Of a stretch of DNA of 64,000 nt, positions 54,234 to 64,000 are shown piece after piece. This stretch comes from Centroscyllium fabricii (Eukaryota): positions 58,900,001-58,964,000 of the forward strand of contig JBNRSN020000011.1 in assembly GCA_051313645.2 (NCBI GenBank), written 5' to 3'. A model generated the notes under the pieces. The model was not told the DNA's origin, made no database searches, and saw nothing but the letters and a program-made list of their open reading frames with translations. Positions within the stretch are counted from its first letter, which is position 1, and each line of letters starts with the position of its first letter. The position numbers and the translations under genes are program-made.

Positions 54234-57200
54234 TATGGTAAACCACTGTATATTGTATATAGATGTGTCCCCCTTGTGTCCCCTCCCTGTAACTGTACGT
54301 AATGCCTCCTTGCCAGGGAGGACTCACCTGGGAGGACTCCGCTCCTCGGCTTCCTTCCCAGGCTCCGCCCACTGGGTATAACAGTGAGAGCACATCTGAG
54401 TGCTCTCACTTTGGCTTGGAAGATCGTCGGACCTGTGTCCTCTTCTATGTGAATAAAAGCCTTGATTACATCTCACCATCGACTGGAGTAACTGATTGTG
54501 CATCAATTTTATTCAAGTCGGTTTTTTTTTCTACAACGAGGATGGAGAAGTTCCTGAGGCCCGAAAGACTTAATCTCGTCCCGCGATCAGCAGGCGCTGA
54601 GCGGGCCTTCACTCACTGGGTCTCCTGCTTCGAGGCCTTCCTCGTGGAATCCCGCCTGACCGTGGACACAGACCAGCGGAAGCTCAACGTCCTGCGGGCC
54701 CAGGTCAGCCCTGAGCCCTTCAGCATAATCGAGGGTGAAGCGACCTACAAGGGCACCCTGGACATCCTAAAAACTCGGTTCACCACCCCAAAGAACGAGA
54801 TCTACACCAGGCAGCTACTGTTAAACAGGAAACAACAACCTGGTGAGTCCTTAACGAACTATATGGCAGCGTTGCAAACGCTAGTGCGCGCCTGCAATTG
54901 TAGGCCGCTAACAGCTAACGAACACCAGGACATAATCCTGAGAGATGCGCTGGTGGCTGGACTCAGGTCATCCTATACGCGCCAGCGGCTGCTGGAGCAG
55001 AGCAACATAGGCCTGGCGGTGGCTGAAGCGCTAGCTGAATCGCTGGAGGCCGCACACTTGCAGAGAGAGTCCTACGACCAGCATGGGGCGTGGGCGCTGG
55101 CCCCGTGGACGGGCGAGTCGATCACCACTGCGCCCCCACTCATGACCGCGGCGGCGGCCTGACCCCAGAAGTGCTATTTCTGTGGACAGTCGAAACACCC
55201 CAGGCAGCGCTGCCCTGCTAAAGAAGCGCTGTGCTCCAGCTGCAGGAAAAAGGGACACTATGCAGCAGTCTGCAAGAGCAGACCATTCCCCTCCAGCAGC
55301 GCCGCGTGGGCTCCATCGGAGCAGCCAACTTGGGGCAACCAGCACTCACCCCCACGTGGCGAATGTGGAGGCGGCCATTTTGGATCAGACGGCCATCTTG
55401 CAGCCCCCACCCCTCCACGCGGTGAACATGGAGGCAGCCATCTTGGATCAGACGGCCATCTTGCACCAGCGCCATGCTTGCTCCCACAGGGCGGCCATCC
55501 TGGGGCCTACTCAGCCGCGTGTGACCACTGGACACCATCACGCCTGACGACAGAGCTGCCGCAGCTCGCATCGATAACGCTGGACCAGACCCGGCCCAAC
55601 CAACTGGCGCAATCAAAAATGGACATTGAGGTAAACGGCTGCACGGTTAATTGCCTTTTCGATTCGGGGAGTACCGAAAGTTTTATACATCCGGACACTG
55701 TACGGAGGCTTTCCCTCATGGTACTCCCCGCACGCCAGCGGATCCTAATGGCCTCCAACGCCGCGTCAGCGGAAGTCGGTGGCATCTGCGTAGTGACACT
55801 AAGGGTGCGGGGTACCGTGTACAACCATTTTAAACTGCTAGTCCTCCCCCACCTCTGCGCTGCCGTCCTACTGGGCCTTGACTTTCAGAGCTTCCTCGAC
55901 AGTGTCATCATGAAATACGGTGGCCCCCTTCCCCCGTTGACTGTCTGTAGCCAGCAGTTCGCGCAGCCCGAACCCCACACCATTTGCGGCCTTTCGACCC
56001 TTAAAGTCATCCCTCCCTCACTATTTGCTAACCTCACCCCCGACTGTAAGCCCATAGCTACAAAAAGCAGGCGCTACAGCACGGGGGACAGACTGTTTAT
56101 TAAGTCTGAGGTCCAGTGGCTACTGAAGGAGGGGATCATCGAGGCCAGTAACAGCCCCTGGAGAGCCCAGGTTGTAGTCGTCAAGACCGGCACCAAACCA
56201 CCGCCTGGTCATCGATTACAGCCAGACGATAAACCGTTTCACCCAATTGGACGCATACCCCCTGCCTCGCATCTCAGACATGGTCAATGAGATTGCGCAG
56301 TACAGGGTGTTCTCTACAATTGACCTTAAGTCCGCATACCATCAGCTCCCCATCCACCCTGGAGACCGCCACTTCACCGCCTTTGAGGCGAATGGCCGCC
56401 TCTACCACTTTCTGAGGGTCCCCTTCGGGGTCACCAATGGCGTGTCGGTCTTCCAGCGGGAGATGGACCGGATGGTGGACCAGAACGGGCTGCTGGCTAC
56501 CTTCCCCTACCTCGACAACATCACCATCTGTGGCCATGACATGAGGGACCACGATGCCAACCTGGCCAAATTCGTCCACACCGCCAAGCTCCTCAACCTC
56601 ACTTACAATGAGGAAAAATGCATTTTCCGCACCACCCGCCTCGCCATCCTGGGGTGCGTCGTGGCAAACGGGGTCATCGGCCCGGACCCCGAATGCATGC
56701 GCCCCCTCATGGAGCTTCCCCTCCCCCAGAGCCCAAAGACCCTGAAAAGGTGCCTGGGCTTCTTTTCGTACTACGCCCAATGGGTCCCCCAGTACGCTGA
56801 CAGAGCCCGCCCCCTCCTGAGATCCACTTCCTTCCCCCTGTCGATCGAGGCTCGTGCAGCCTTCGACAGCATCAGAGCAGCCATCGCCAAGGCGACCATG
56901 CACGCTGCGGACGAATCCGCCCCGTTCCAGGTGGAAAGTGATGCCTCTGACTTTGCCCTGGCCACCACTCTCAACCAGTCTGGACGGCCGGTAGCCTTTT
57001 TCTCCCGTACCCTCCACGGTCCCGAAATCAGGCATTCATCAGTGGAGAAGGAGGCCCAGGCCATCGTGGAAGTGGTGCGGCACTGGAGACACTACCTGGC
57101 CGGTAGAAGATTTACCCTGCTCACTGACCAGCGGTCGTGGCTTTCATGTTTAGTAACAACCAGCGGGGTAAAATCAAAAACGATAAAATCCTACGGTGGA

Positions 57201-58797
57201 GAATTGAACTGTCCACCTATAATTACGACATCTTGTACCGGCCCGGTAAACTCAATGAGCCCCCGGACGCACTATCCCGTGGAACCTGTGCCAGCGCATA
57301 AGTGGATAGACTGCAGTCCATCCACAATGACCTCTGCCACCCCGGAGTCACGCGGCTCTATCACTTCGTGAAGTCCCGCAACCTACCCAACTCCGTTTTG
57401 GACATCCGGGACATCACCGGGCACTGCCCCACCTGTGCGGAGTGCAAACCAAATTTTTCTGACCTAGCAGAGCCAGCTTGGTCAAGGCCACCCGCCCCAT
57501 TGAACGACTGAGCGTCGATTTCAAGGGCCCCCACCCCTCCACCAACAGGAACGGGTACTTCCTGACTGTGATCGATGAGTACTCACGCTTCCCCTTCGCA
57601 ATCCCTTGCCCTGACATTACCACAGCCACAACCATCAGGTGTCTGCACAGCATCTTCACCATGTTCGGCTACCCCAACTGTATTCACTCAGACAGGGGGT
57701 CGGCCTTCATGAGTGACGAGCTGCGCCAGTACCTGCTGTCCAACGGGATTGCGATGAGCAGGACCACTAGCTACAACCCCCGGGGCAACAGGCAGGTTGA
57801 ACAGGAGAACGGCACCGTCTGGAAGGCCATCAGCCCCGCCCTGCGGTCCAGGGGCCTCCCCGCCTCCCGCTGTCAGGAGGTTCTCCCAGATGCCCTCCAT
57901 TCCATCAGGTCACTGCTCTGCACCGCCACCAATGCCACCCCTCACGAGCGGATGTTTTGCTTCCCCAGGAAGTCTGCATCCGGGACCTCGCTGCCAACGT
58001 GGCTGATGTCCCCCGGGCCTGTCTTGATCCGGAAACACGTGAGGGCCCACAAGACAGACCCCCTGGTCGAGAGGGTACAGCTCCTCCACGCCAACCCCCA
58101 GTATGGCTATGTGGCATTCCCAGATGGGCGGGAGGACACGGTCTCCATTTGAGACCTCGCGCCCGCGGGCGCCCCAGAAACCATCGGCCACCGTGCCCTC
58201 ATCCCCACCCCCACCCCCACCACCGTCCCCCTTCACGAGACGCTGTCATATGGTTCCCTTATAGCTCCAGTAGATGGCAGAACGCCGGACGGACCGATGC
58301 ACGACCCCCACCCACCCACGGCGGCGCCACCACCGACTTCGGAAGACATCACGCCGACGGAGATCGAACAACCGCTGGAGACTGCACGGCCGTCGACCCC
58401 TGAAACGACGCCAAGACCCGCACTGCGACGATCGACTCGGCAGACGAGACCGCCAGATAGACTGAATATTTGACTTTGTGTAAAATCGTTCACACCCGCC
58501 TTCATTTTTTTAAACAGGGGGTGAATGTGGTAAACCACTCTATATTGTATATCGATGTCTCCCCCTTATGTCCCCTCCCTGTAACTGTACATAACGCCTC
58601 CTTGCCAGGGAGGACTCACCTGGGTGGACTCTGCTCCTCGGCTTCCTCCCCAGGCTCCGCCCACTGGGTATAAAAGTGAGAGCACACCTGAGTGCTCTCA
58701 CTTTGGCTTGGAAGATCGTCGGACCTGTGTCCTCTTCTATGTGAATAAAAGCCTCGATTACATCTCACCATCGACTGGAGTAATTGATTGTGCATCA
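54234..58797 (+). mobile_element. Gypsy element F nested in the Penelope ORF
   Basis: 272-bp LTRs 54234-54505 and 58526-58797, TSD GTGCC on both sides, PPT AGGGGGTGAA. Confidence 0.96.
54542..58473 (+). pseudogene. Element F gag-pol with stops and frameshifts
   Basis: MEKFLRPERLNL gag, LFDSGS, YLDN, VESDAS, SDRG; ends RPPDRLNI*. Confidence 0.9.
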
Positions 58798-59961
58798 GTG
58801 CCGAGCTCAAACGTCATTGAGATGGTGGTGTAAGGGGATGAAGTTCAGGCCTTTACTGAGGACTGATCGTTCGGGGCCAGAGAGGGGAAGGTCAGGGGCG
58901 ATGATGAAGACGCGGCAGGGGTGAGATTGGAAACCGTGATGGGGTCAGAGGAAAGTGAAGGGGAAGAAGCTTCCGGAGGGGCATTGGTGTCCAAGAGTTG
59001 ATGAAGCTTGCGGTCCTTGACATCAGAAAGGAAAAAAAAAAGTTTTTTGTTGAAGCGTCGGATGAGTCGAAGGATGAAATGGAACTGTGGACCTGGGCAG
59101 CTTTGAGATAGAGTGCATCGGTGCTGCTGAAGAGAGAGGTCGATTGTGTTCATGTGGCAGTAATTGGAGGAACGCTGAATATCTTGGAGATATTTGTAAT
59201 CCTGGGTGGATCCGAAGCACGAAGGGTGGAAGTTTAGTTGGAATCCACATGGGATAAGTCGGAACCGGAGACAGTTGCTGAGGAAGATGATGTGAAACCG
59301 AGTCTGGGCAGATACCTGATCAAACACGAGAAGGGAAACTGAAAGTAATGAAGATGAATGAGGTTGAAGAGACAAACGGAGATCCCGTCGAAGAGAAGAG
59401 CAGAACTTCTTCAAGGTGGGCATTCCTAGAAGAGGTGTGGCAGTGAATTAAACACTAGTACAATAGCAAAATATTGTGGTGGCTGGAAATCTGAAATAAC
59501 ATCAGAAAATGCTGGAAACACTCAGCAGGCCAGGCAGCATCCATGGAGAGGGAAACAAAGTTAATATTTCAGGTCTGGGACTCTTCATCAGAACTGGAAA
59601 AAGCTGTAGATGTAACGGATATTAAGCAGGTGCAGAGACAGGGAGGGGGTGGTGGGAGGGGAGGAAGGAAATGAAGGAACATACTGCACTAAGGTAAGAG
59701 GCAGGAAAGATAAAATGTTGCAAATGGGGATGGCAAAATCATACAGCATGAAAAATGAGAGTAGGGGTTATAGTTTGAAATTGTTGAACTCTATGTTGAG
59801 TCCAGAGGGCTGTAAAGTGCCTAATCGAAAGATGAGGTGCTGTTCCTCGAGCTTACGTTGAGCTTCATTGGAACAATGTAAGAGGCCGAGGACAGAGAGA
59901 TCAGAGTGGGAGTGAAGTGGAGAATTAAAGTGACAGGCGACCGGAGGCTCAGGATCACCCT

Positions 59962-60304
59962 TGTAAGGAGCGTGCGCCGTATATTTTATTTACGACTTGG
60001 GGTCCGTTACTGCCTTGCTCTAGCAGTCCGCTAGGCCTCGCGCAATAACCTCCTCCCCCGTGAGCGGTTCGAATCGCTCACCCTTACGGTTCTAGACGCT
60101 GGACTTAGGTGCAGGAAAAGAGAGAGACGAGATGGATACCGATTGGACTCAGACTTGGACTCGAATAAAAGTTGCAAAGTTGGATGATTTTATTACAACA
60201 CAAGATATATGTACAGCAGTTAGGTTGTATTTCATAGAACCAACACAGTATGATACGCAAACAGTTGTTTCCCAAATATATATATATAAACATACACAAG
60301 TAAC
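59962..60304 (-). mobile_element. Probable LTR of an unrelated family, interrupting the Penelope pLTR and itself interrupted by element G
   Basis: pLTR homology stops abruptly at 59961 and the new sequence starts TGTAAGG; minus-strand AATAAA. The other end is not visible. Confidence 0.5.
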
Positions 60305-63300
60305 TGATACCATCAATTACTCGAGTCAGAGAGCGAGTTAACATAGGCTTTAATAAACTTAGAACAAGCGTAAGGGATCACAGGTATCGTTAGTACAGTA
60401 CAGTAGAGAGGAGGTCAGAACCCACGAGTGCTGACCTTTATACCCCCAGGGTCAGAGGCGTGGCCTACCCGAGGTCCTCCAGGTACAGGTCTCCCAAGTC
60501 TGGCTGGGCAAGAGTAGACACGCCCTAAGGCATGTACATACACATAGTTGGTGTTATAGCCAATATCACCACATTCACCCCCTGTTAAAGAATTTCAGTA
60601 CCAGGGGGGGCACAAACAATACCTAACATATGTACAGACAGTATTTACAAAGGTTCCGAGATGTTCCAAAAAAATTGTGGCCGCCTGTTCATGCCAGGTC
60701 ACATTGTGCAGACCAGGCGGTCTGGCTGGCGTCGCACCCTCGACGACCGTCTGAGCTGCTGGTCCTGCCGTTCGGTATCGGTACCTGGGGAAGCCGAAGG
60801 AATATACGTTAGCAGCGCATCACCAGGGAATACGGCGGTATGGGTCGGTGGGGGGCTGGGCACGGGCTGCGATGTGGTAGGTGCCGGCTGGGCCCACGAC
60901 GAGAGGAAGGGGGGTGGGGGCGGAGTTGTGGTCGCAGGGGCGCCTGCGGGCGCCAGGTCTTTAATAGAGACTGTGTCCTTCCTGCCATCAGGGAACTCCA
61001 CATAGGCGTACTGCGGGTTAGCATGGAGGAGGAGTACCCTGTCGACCAGTGGGTCGGTCTTATAGTGCCGTACATGGCGCCGCAACAGTACTGGGCCCGG
61101 GGAGGCTAGCCACGACGGCAGCGACATCCCCGAGACGGACTTCCTGGGGAAGGAAAACATCCGTTCGTGCGGCGTTGCGTTGGTCGCTGTACAAAGAAGC
61201 GACCGTACGGCGTGTAGAGCGTCCGAGAGAACCGCCTGCCAGCGTGAGGCTGGAAGGCCCCTGGACCTGAGTGCCAGGCGGACCGCCTTCCAGACAGTGC
61301 CATTCTCGCGCTCTACTTGGCCATTGCCCCGGGGGTTGTAGCTCATTGTCCTGCTCGACGAGATTCCTCTCGCGAGTAGGAACTGGCGCAGTTCGTCGCT
61401 CATAAAAGCAGACCCCCGGTCAGAGTGTATGAATGAGGGGAAGCCGAATATTGCGAATATCGGGGCGAGGGCGTTGATGACTGTGGCAGCAGTCATATCA
61501 GTGCAGGGTATCGCAAATGGGAAACGGGAGTATTCGTCCACGACTGTGAGGAAGTAGACATTCCTGTCGGTGGACGGGAGTGGGCCCTTAAAATCGATAC
61601 TAAGGCGTTCGAAGGGCCGAGAGGACTTAATCAGGTGTGCCTTGTCCGGTCGGAAAAACTGCGGCTTGCATTCCGCACAGACCGGACAATCCCTGACTAT
61701 CTCCCTAACCTCCGCAATACTATACGGTAGATTGCGGGCTTTGATAAAATGATAGAAGCGGGTGACCCCCGGGTGGCAGAGGTTATTATGCAGAGCCTGC
61801 AGTCTGCCCGCCTGCACACTGGCGCAGGTCCCGCGGGACAGTGCATCGGACGGCTCGTTGAGTCTACCTGGCCTGTACAAAATATCATAATTAAAGGTGG
61901 ACAATTCGATCCTCCACCTCAAGATCTTATCGTTCTTAATTTTTCCCCGCTGTGTGTTACTAAACATAAATGCTACCGACCTCTGATCGGTGAGCAGGGT
62001 AAATTTTCTACCGGCCAGGTAGTGTCTCCAGTGGCGCACCGCTTCGATAATGGCTTGGGCCTCTTTTTCCACGGAGGAATGCCGTGCTTCCGAGCCCGAG
62101 AGGGTACGGGAAAAGAAGGCAACGGGTCTGCCTGCTTGGTTCAGGGTCGCCGCCAGGGCGAAGTCGGACGCGTCGCTCTCCACTTGGAAAGGCACGTCCT
62201 CATCAATGGCGGACATTGCAGCTTTTACTATATCGGCTTTAAGTTGCTTAAAAGCCGTTAGTGCCGCTGCCGACAGGGGAAAAACAGTGGCCCGCATCAG
62301 AGGCCGGGCTTTGTCCGCAAATTTCGGGACCCACTGCGCGTAATACGCGAACAGCCCCATGCACCGCTTTAGAGCTTTGGGTGTCTTGGGAAGGGGATAC
62401 TCAATCAGCGGGCGCATTCGGTCAGGGTCCGGGCCGATTAGCCCGTTTTCCACCACACAGCCCAAAATAGCCAGGCGTCTGGTGCGGAAAACACATTTTT
62501 CTTTGTTGTAGGTCAAATTCAGGGATTTGGCTGTTTTCAAAAATTTTGCGAGGTTCTCGTCGTGGTCCTCGTCCGAGTGGCCGCAGATAGTGACGTTATC
62601 TAGATAGGGAAAAGTGGCCCTGAGCCCGTGTTCGTCTACCATTCTATCCATTTCCCTCTGGAAGACGGACACTCCGTTCGTCACTCCGAAGGGAACCCGA
62701 AGGAACTGGTAGAGGCGACCATCCGCTTCGAAAGCGGTGTAGGGGCGCTCCTCTCTGAGGATTGGGACCTGGTGATATGCCGCTTTAAGGTCTATAGTCG
62801 AATAGACTTTGTATTGGGCAATTTCATTTACCATGTCCGAGATCCGGGGAAGGGGGTACGCATCGAGGAGTGTAAACCGGTTTATGGTCTGACTGTAGTC
62901 GACCACCATCCTGTTCTTCTCCCCCGTCTTTACCACTACTACTTGGGCCCTCCAGGGGCTGCGACTGGCTTCAATCACCCCCTCTGCCAACAGTCGCTTC
63001 ACCTCGGTGCCAATAAACGCCCGGTCTGCAGCACTATACCGCCTGCTCTTTGAGGCAATCGGTGCGCAGTCCGGCGTGAGGTTCGCGAACAGTTTCGGGG
63101 GTGAGATCCGTAAAGTGGTGAGCCCACAAAGCGGGCGCTCACGGGGGGTACTCGACTCGACCGTCAGGGGTGGGAGAGGGCCGCCGTATGCCAAAGTGAC
63201 ACTCTGCAGGTGGCTCTGGAAATCGAGCCCCAATAACATTGGCGCGCACAAGTGGGGTAACACAAACAGTTTAAAATTACAGTATTTTACCCCGCGAACT

Positions 63301-64000
63301 ACAAGTGATACTACGCAACACCCCACGGCCTGCGCCGATTCTGAGTCCGCCGCCAAGGCAATGCATTTTAAACAGGGGCGGATCGACAGGTGAAGACGGT
63401 CAACAGTCTCGGGGGAAATAAAACTATCAGTACTACCCGTATCAAATAAACAGTTACAGTTTTGTCCGTTTACCTGGACGTCCATCATTGATTTCTGCAG
63501 TTCATGGGGTTTTGATTGGTCCAAAGTGATGGACGCCAGCACGGTTGATGAGTCGTCTTCATCCGAATATTCGGGGTCGGAGTCAAGTCGAAGACTCTCA
63601 AAATGGCCGCTGCCTCGTGGTGATGAACTAAAATGGCCGCTCCTCCTAGCTGTGGCCTCAAGATGGCCGCCGCCTCGTGGTGCTCCCTCGCGGTCATCTA
63701 CCTCCGTGTAGTAGGAACGTGGTGCCGCTCTCGCTCCGCTGCAGATGGGGGCTGCCTTCTTTTTCTGCCCTGTTGCGCGGCACATCGCGGCATAGTGCCC
63801 CTTCTTTCCACACCCCGAGCACGTAGCATCTTTGGCTGGGCAGCGCAGTCTAGAGTGCCTAGCTTTTCTGCAAAAGAAACACTTTTGGTTGGTTTCAGGC
63901 CTGCTTCTTCCTGCCGCTGCCGTTAGCGCTGGGGTAAGAGTTGGGGCTGGGGATGCCCACGTAGGCGCGCTTGGTTGGCCATACGTGGTGGATCTCCGAT
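60305..64000 (-). mobile_element. Gypsy element G (3' LTR 60305-60573; 5' part outside window)
   Basis: TGATAC...CACCACA LTR, PPT AGGGGGTGAA, long pol ORF. Confidence 0.94.
60699..63785 (-). CDS. Element G Gag(C-term)-Pol, open frame continuing upstream
   Basis: LFDTGS, LDAYPLPRI, YLDN, VESDAS, TDQRS, HNNLCHPG..C..C, DFKG/SDRG/VERE all intact over 1028 aa. Confidence 0.93.
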   Translation of the reverse strand: MCRATGQKKKAAPICSGARAAPRSYYTEVDDREGAPRGGGHLEATARRSGHFSSSPRGSGHFESLRLDSDPEYSDEDDSSTVLASITLDQSKPHELQKSMMDVQVNGQNCNCLFDTGSTDSFISPETVDRLHLSIRPCLKCIALAADSESAQAVGCCVVSLVVRGVKYCNFKLFVLPHLCAPMLLGLDFQSHLQSVTLAYGGPLPPLTVESSTPRERPLCGLTTLRISPPKLFANLTPDCAPIASKSRRYSAADRAFIGTEVKRLLAEGVIEASRSPWRAQVVVVKTGEKNRMVVDYSQTINRFTLLDAYPLPRISDMVNEIAQYKVYSTIDLKAAYHQVPILREERPYTAFEADGRLYQFLRVPFGVTNGVSVFQREMDRMVDEHGLRATFPYLDNVTICGHSDEDHDENLAKFLKTAKSLNLTYNKEKCVFRTRRLAILGCVVENGLIGPDPDRMRPLIEYPLPKTPKALKRCMGLFAYYAQWVPKFADKARPLMRATVFPLSAAALTAFKQLKADIVKAAMSAIDEDVPFQVESDASDFALAATLNQAGRPVAFFSRTLSGSEARHSSVEKEAQAIIEAVRHWRHYLAGRKFTLLTDQRSVAFMFSNTQRGKIKNDKILRWRIELSTFNYDILYRPGRLNEPSDALSRGTCASVQAGRLQALHNNLCHPGVTRFYHFIKARNLPYSIAEVREIVRDCPVCAECKPQFFRPDKAHLIKSSRPFERLSIDFKGPLPSTDRNVYFLTVVDEYSRFPFAIPCTDMTAATVINALAPIFAIFGFPSFIHSDRGSAFMSDELRQFLLARGISSSRTMSYNPRGNGQVERENGTVWKAVRLALRSRGLPASRWQAVLSDALHAVRSLLCTATNATPHERMFSFPRKSVSGMSLPSWLASPGPVLLRRHVRHYKTDPLVDRVLLLHANPQYAYVEFPDGRKDTVSIKDLAPAGAPATTTPPPPPFLSSWAQPAPTTSQPVPSPPPTHTAVFPGDALLTYIPSASPGTDTERQDQQLRRSSRVRRQPDRLVCTM

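Larger units (their letters stand above)
52238..59423 (-). pseudogene. Penelope RT + GIY-YIG endonuclease ORF, frameshifted and split by element F
   Basis: N-term MPTLKKF...FLSNCLRFRLIPCGFQL; RT AMGTRMGPGYA, FRFIDD, LPFLD, YKPTD; EN VYCIRC..C...YIGETKRRL..FAEH. Confidence 0.9.
51510..59961 (-). mobile_element. Near full-length Penelope-like element with direct terminal repeats (pLTRs), interrupted by HE1 SINE, element F and an LTR
   Basis: Direct repeat 51510-~52431 vs 59451-59961; RT and GIY-YIG coding remnants in between. Confidence 0.92.

Noticed and set aside
54302-54541. N-terminal ORF extension of element F gag through the LTR (similarly 30672 in C)
   Set aside because: Alternative-start artefacts of the ORF track; homologous gag starts are the ATGs just after the LTR.

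Overview
Eukaryotic, transposon-dense, almost certainly cartilaginous-fish (shark/ray) DNA, inferred from HE1/V-SINE, HER1/CR1 tails and SacSINE1-like SINEs. No host gene could be identified with confidence. The window holds: (i) a CsRn1-type Gypsy element with a tRNA-Trp PBS (13367-18101) plus the 3' end of a relative (1-564); (ii) six elements and two solo LTRs of a second Gypsy lineage with 5-bp TSDs, several of them nested; (iii) a two-gene Harbinger transposon (spliced Myb/SANT gene plus DDE transposase) and several Harbinger-type MITEs; (iv) a near full-length Penelope-like element and small TSD-flanked Penelope-derived inserts carrying minimal hammerhead ribozyme motifs; (v) L2, CR1 and Rex1 fragments and SINEs. 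The most striking signal is in the second Gypsy lineage. All five copies whose 5' end is visible lack a tRNA primer-binding site. Instead, the 9-14 nt right after the 5' LTR are complementary, with family-specific covariation, to the poly(A)-signal segment inside their own LTR, alongside conserved U5 hairpins. This suggests self-priming and/or poly(A)-occlusion by an RNA structure. The same elements carry arrays of YY1-consensus motifs between gag and protease, read in different frames in different families. All coordinates and identities were read by eye; no searches were run.
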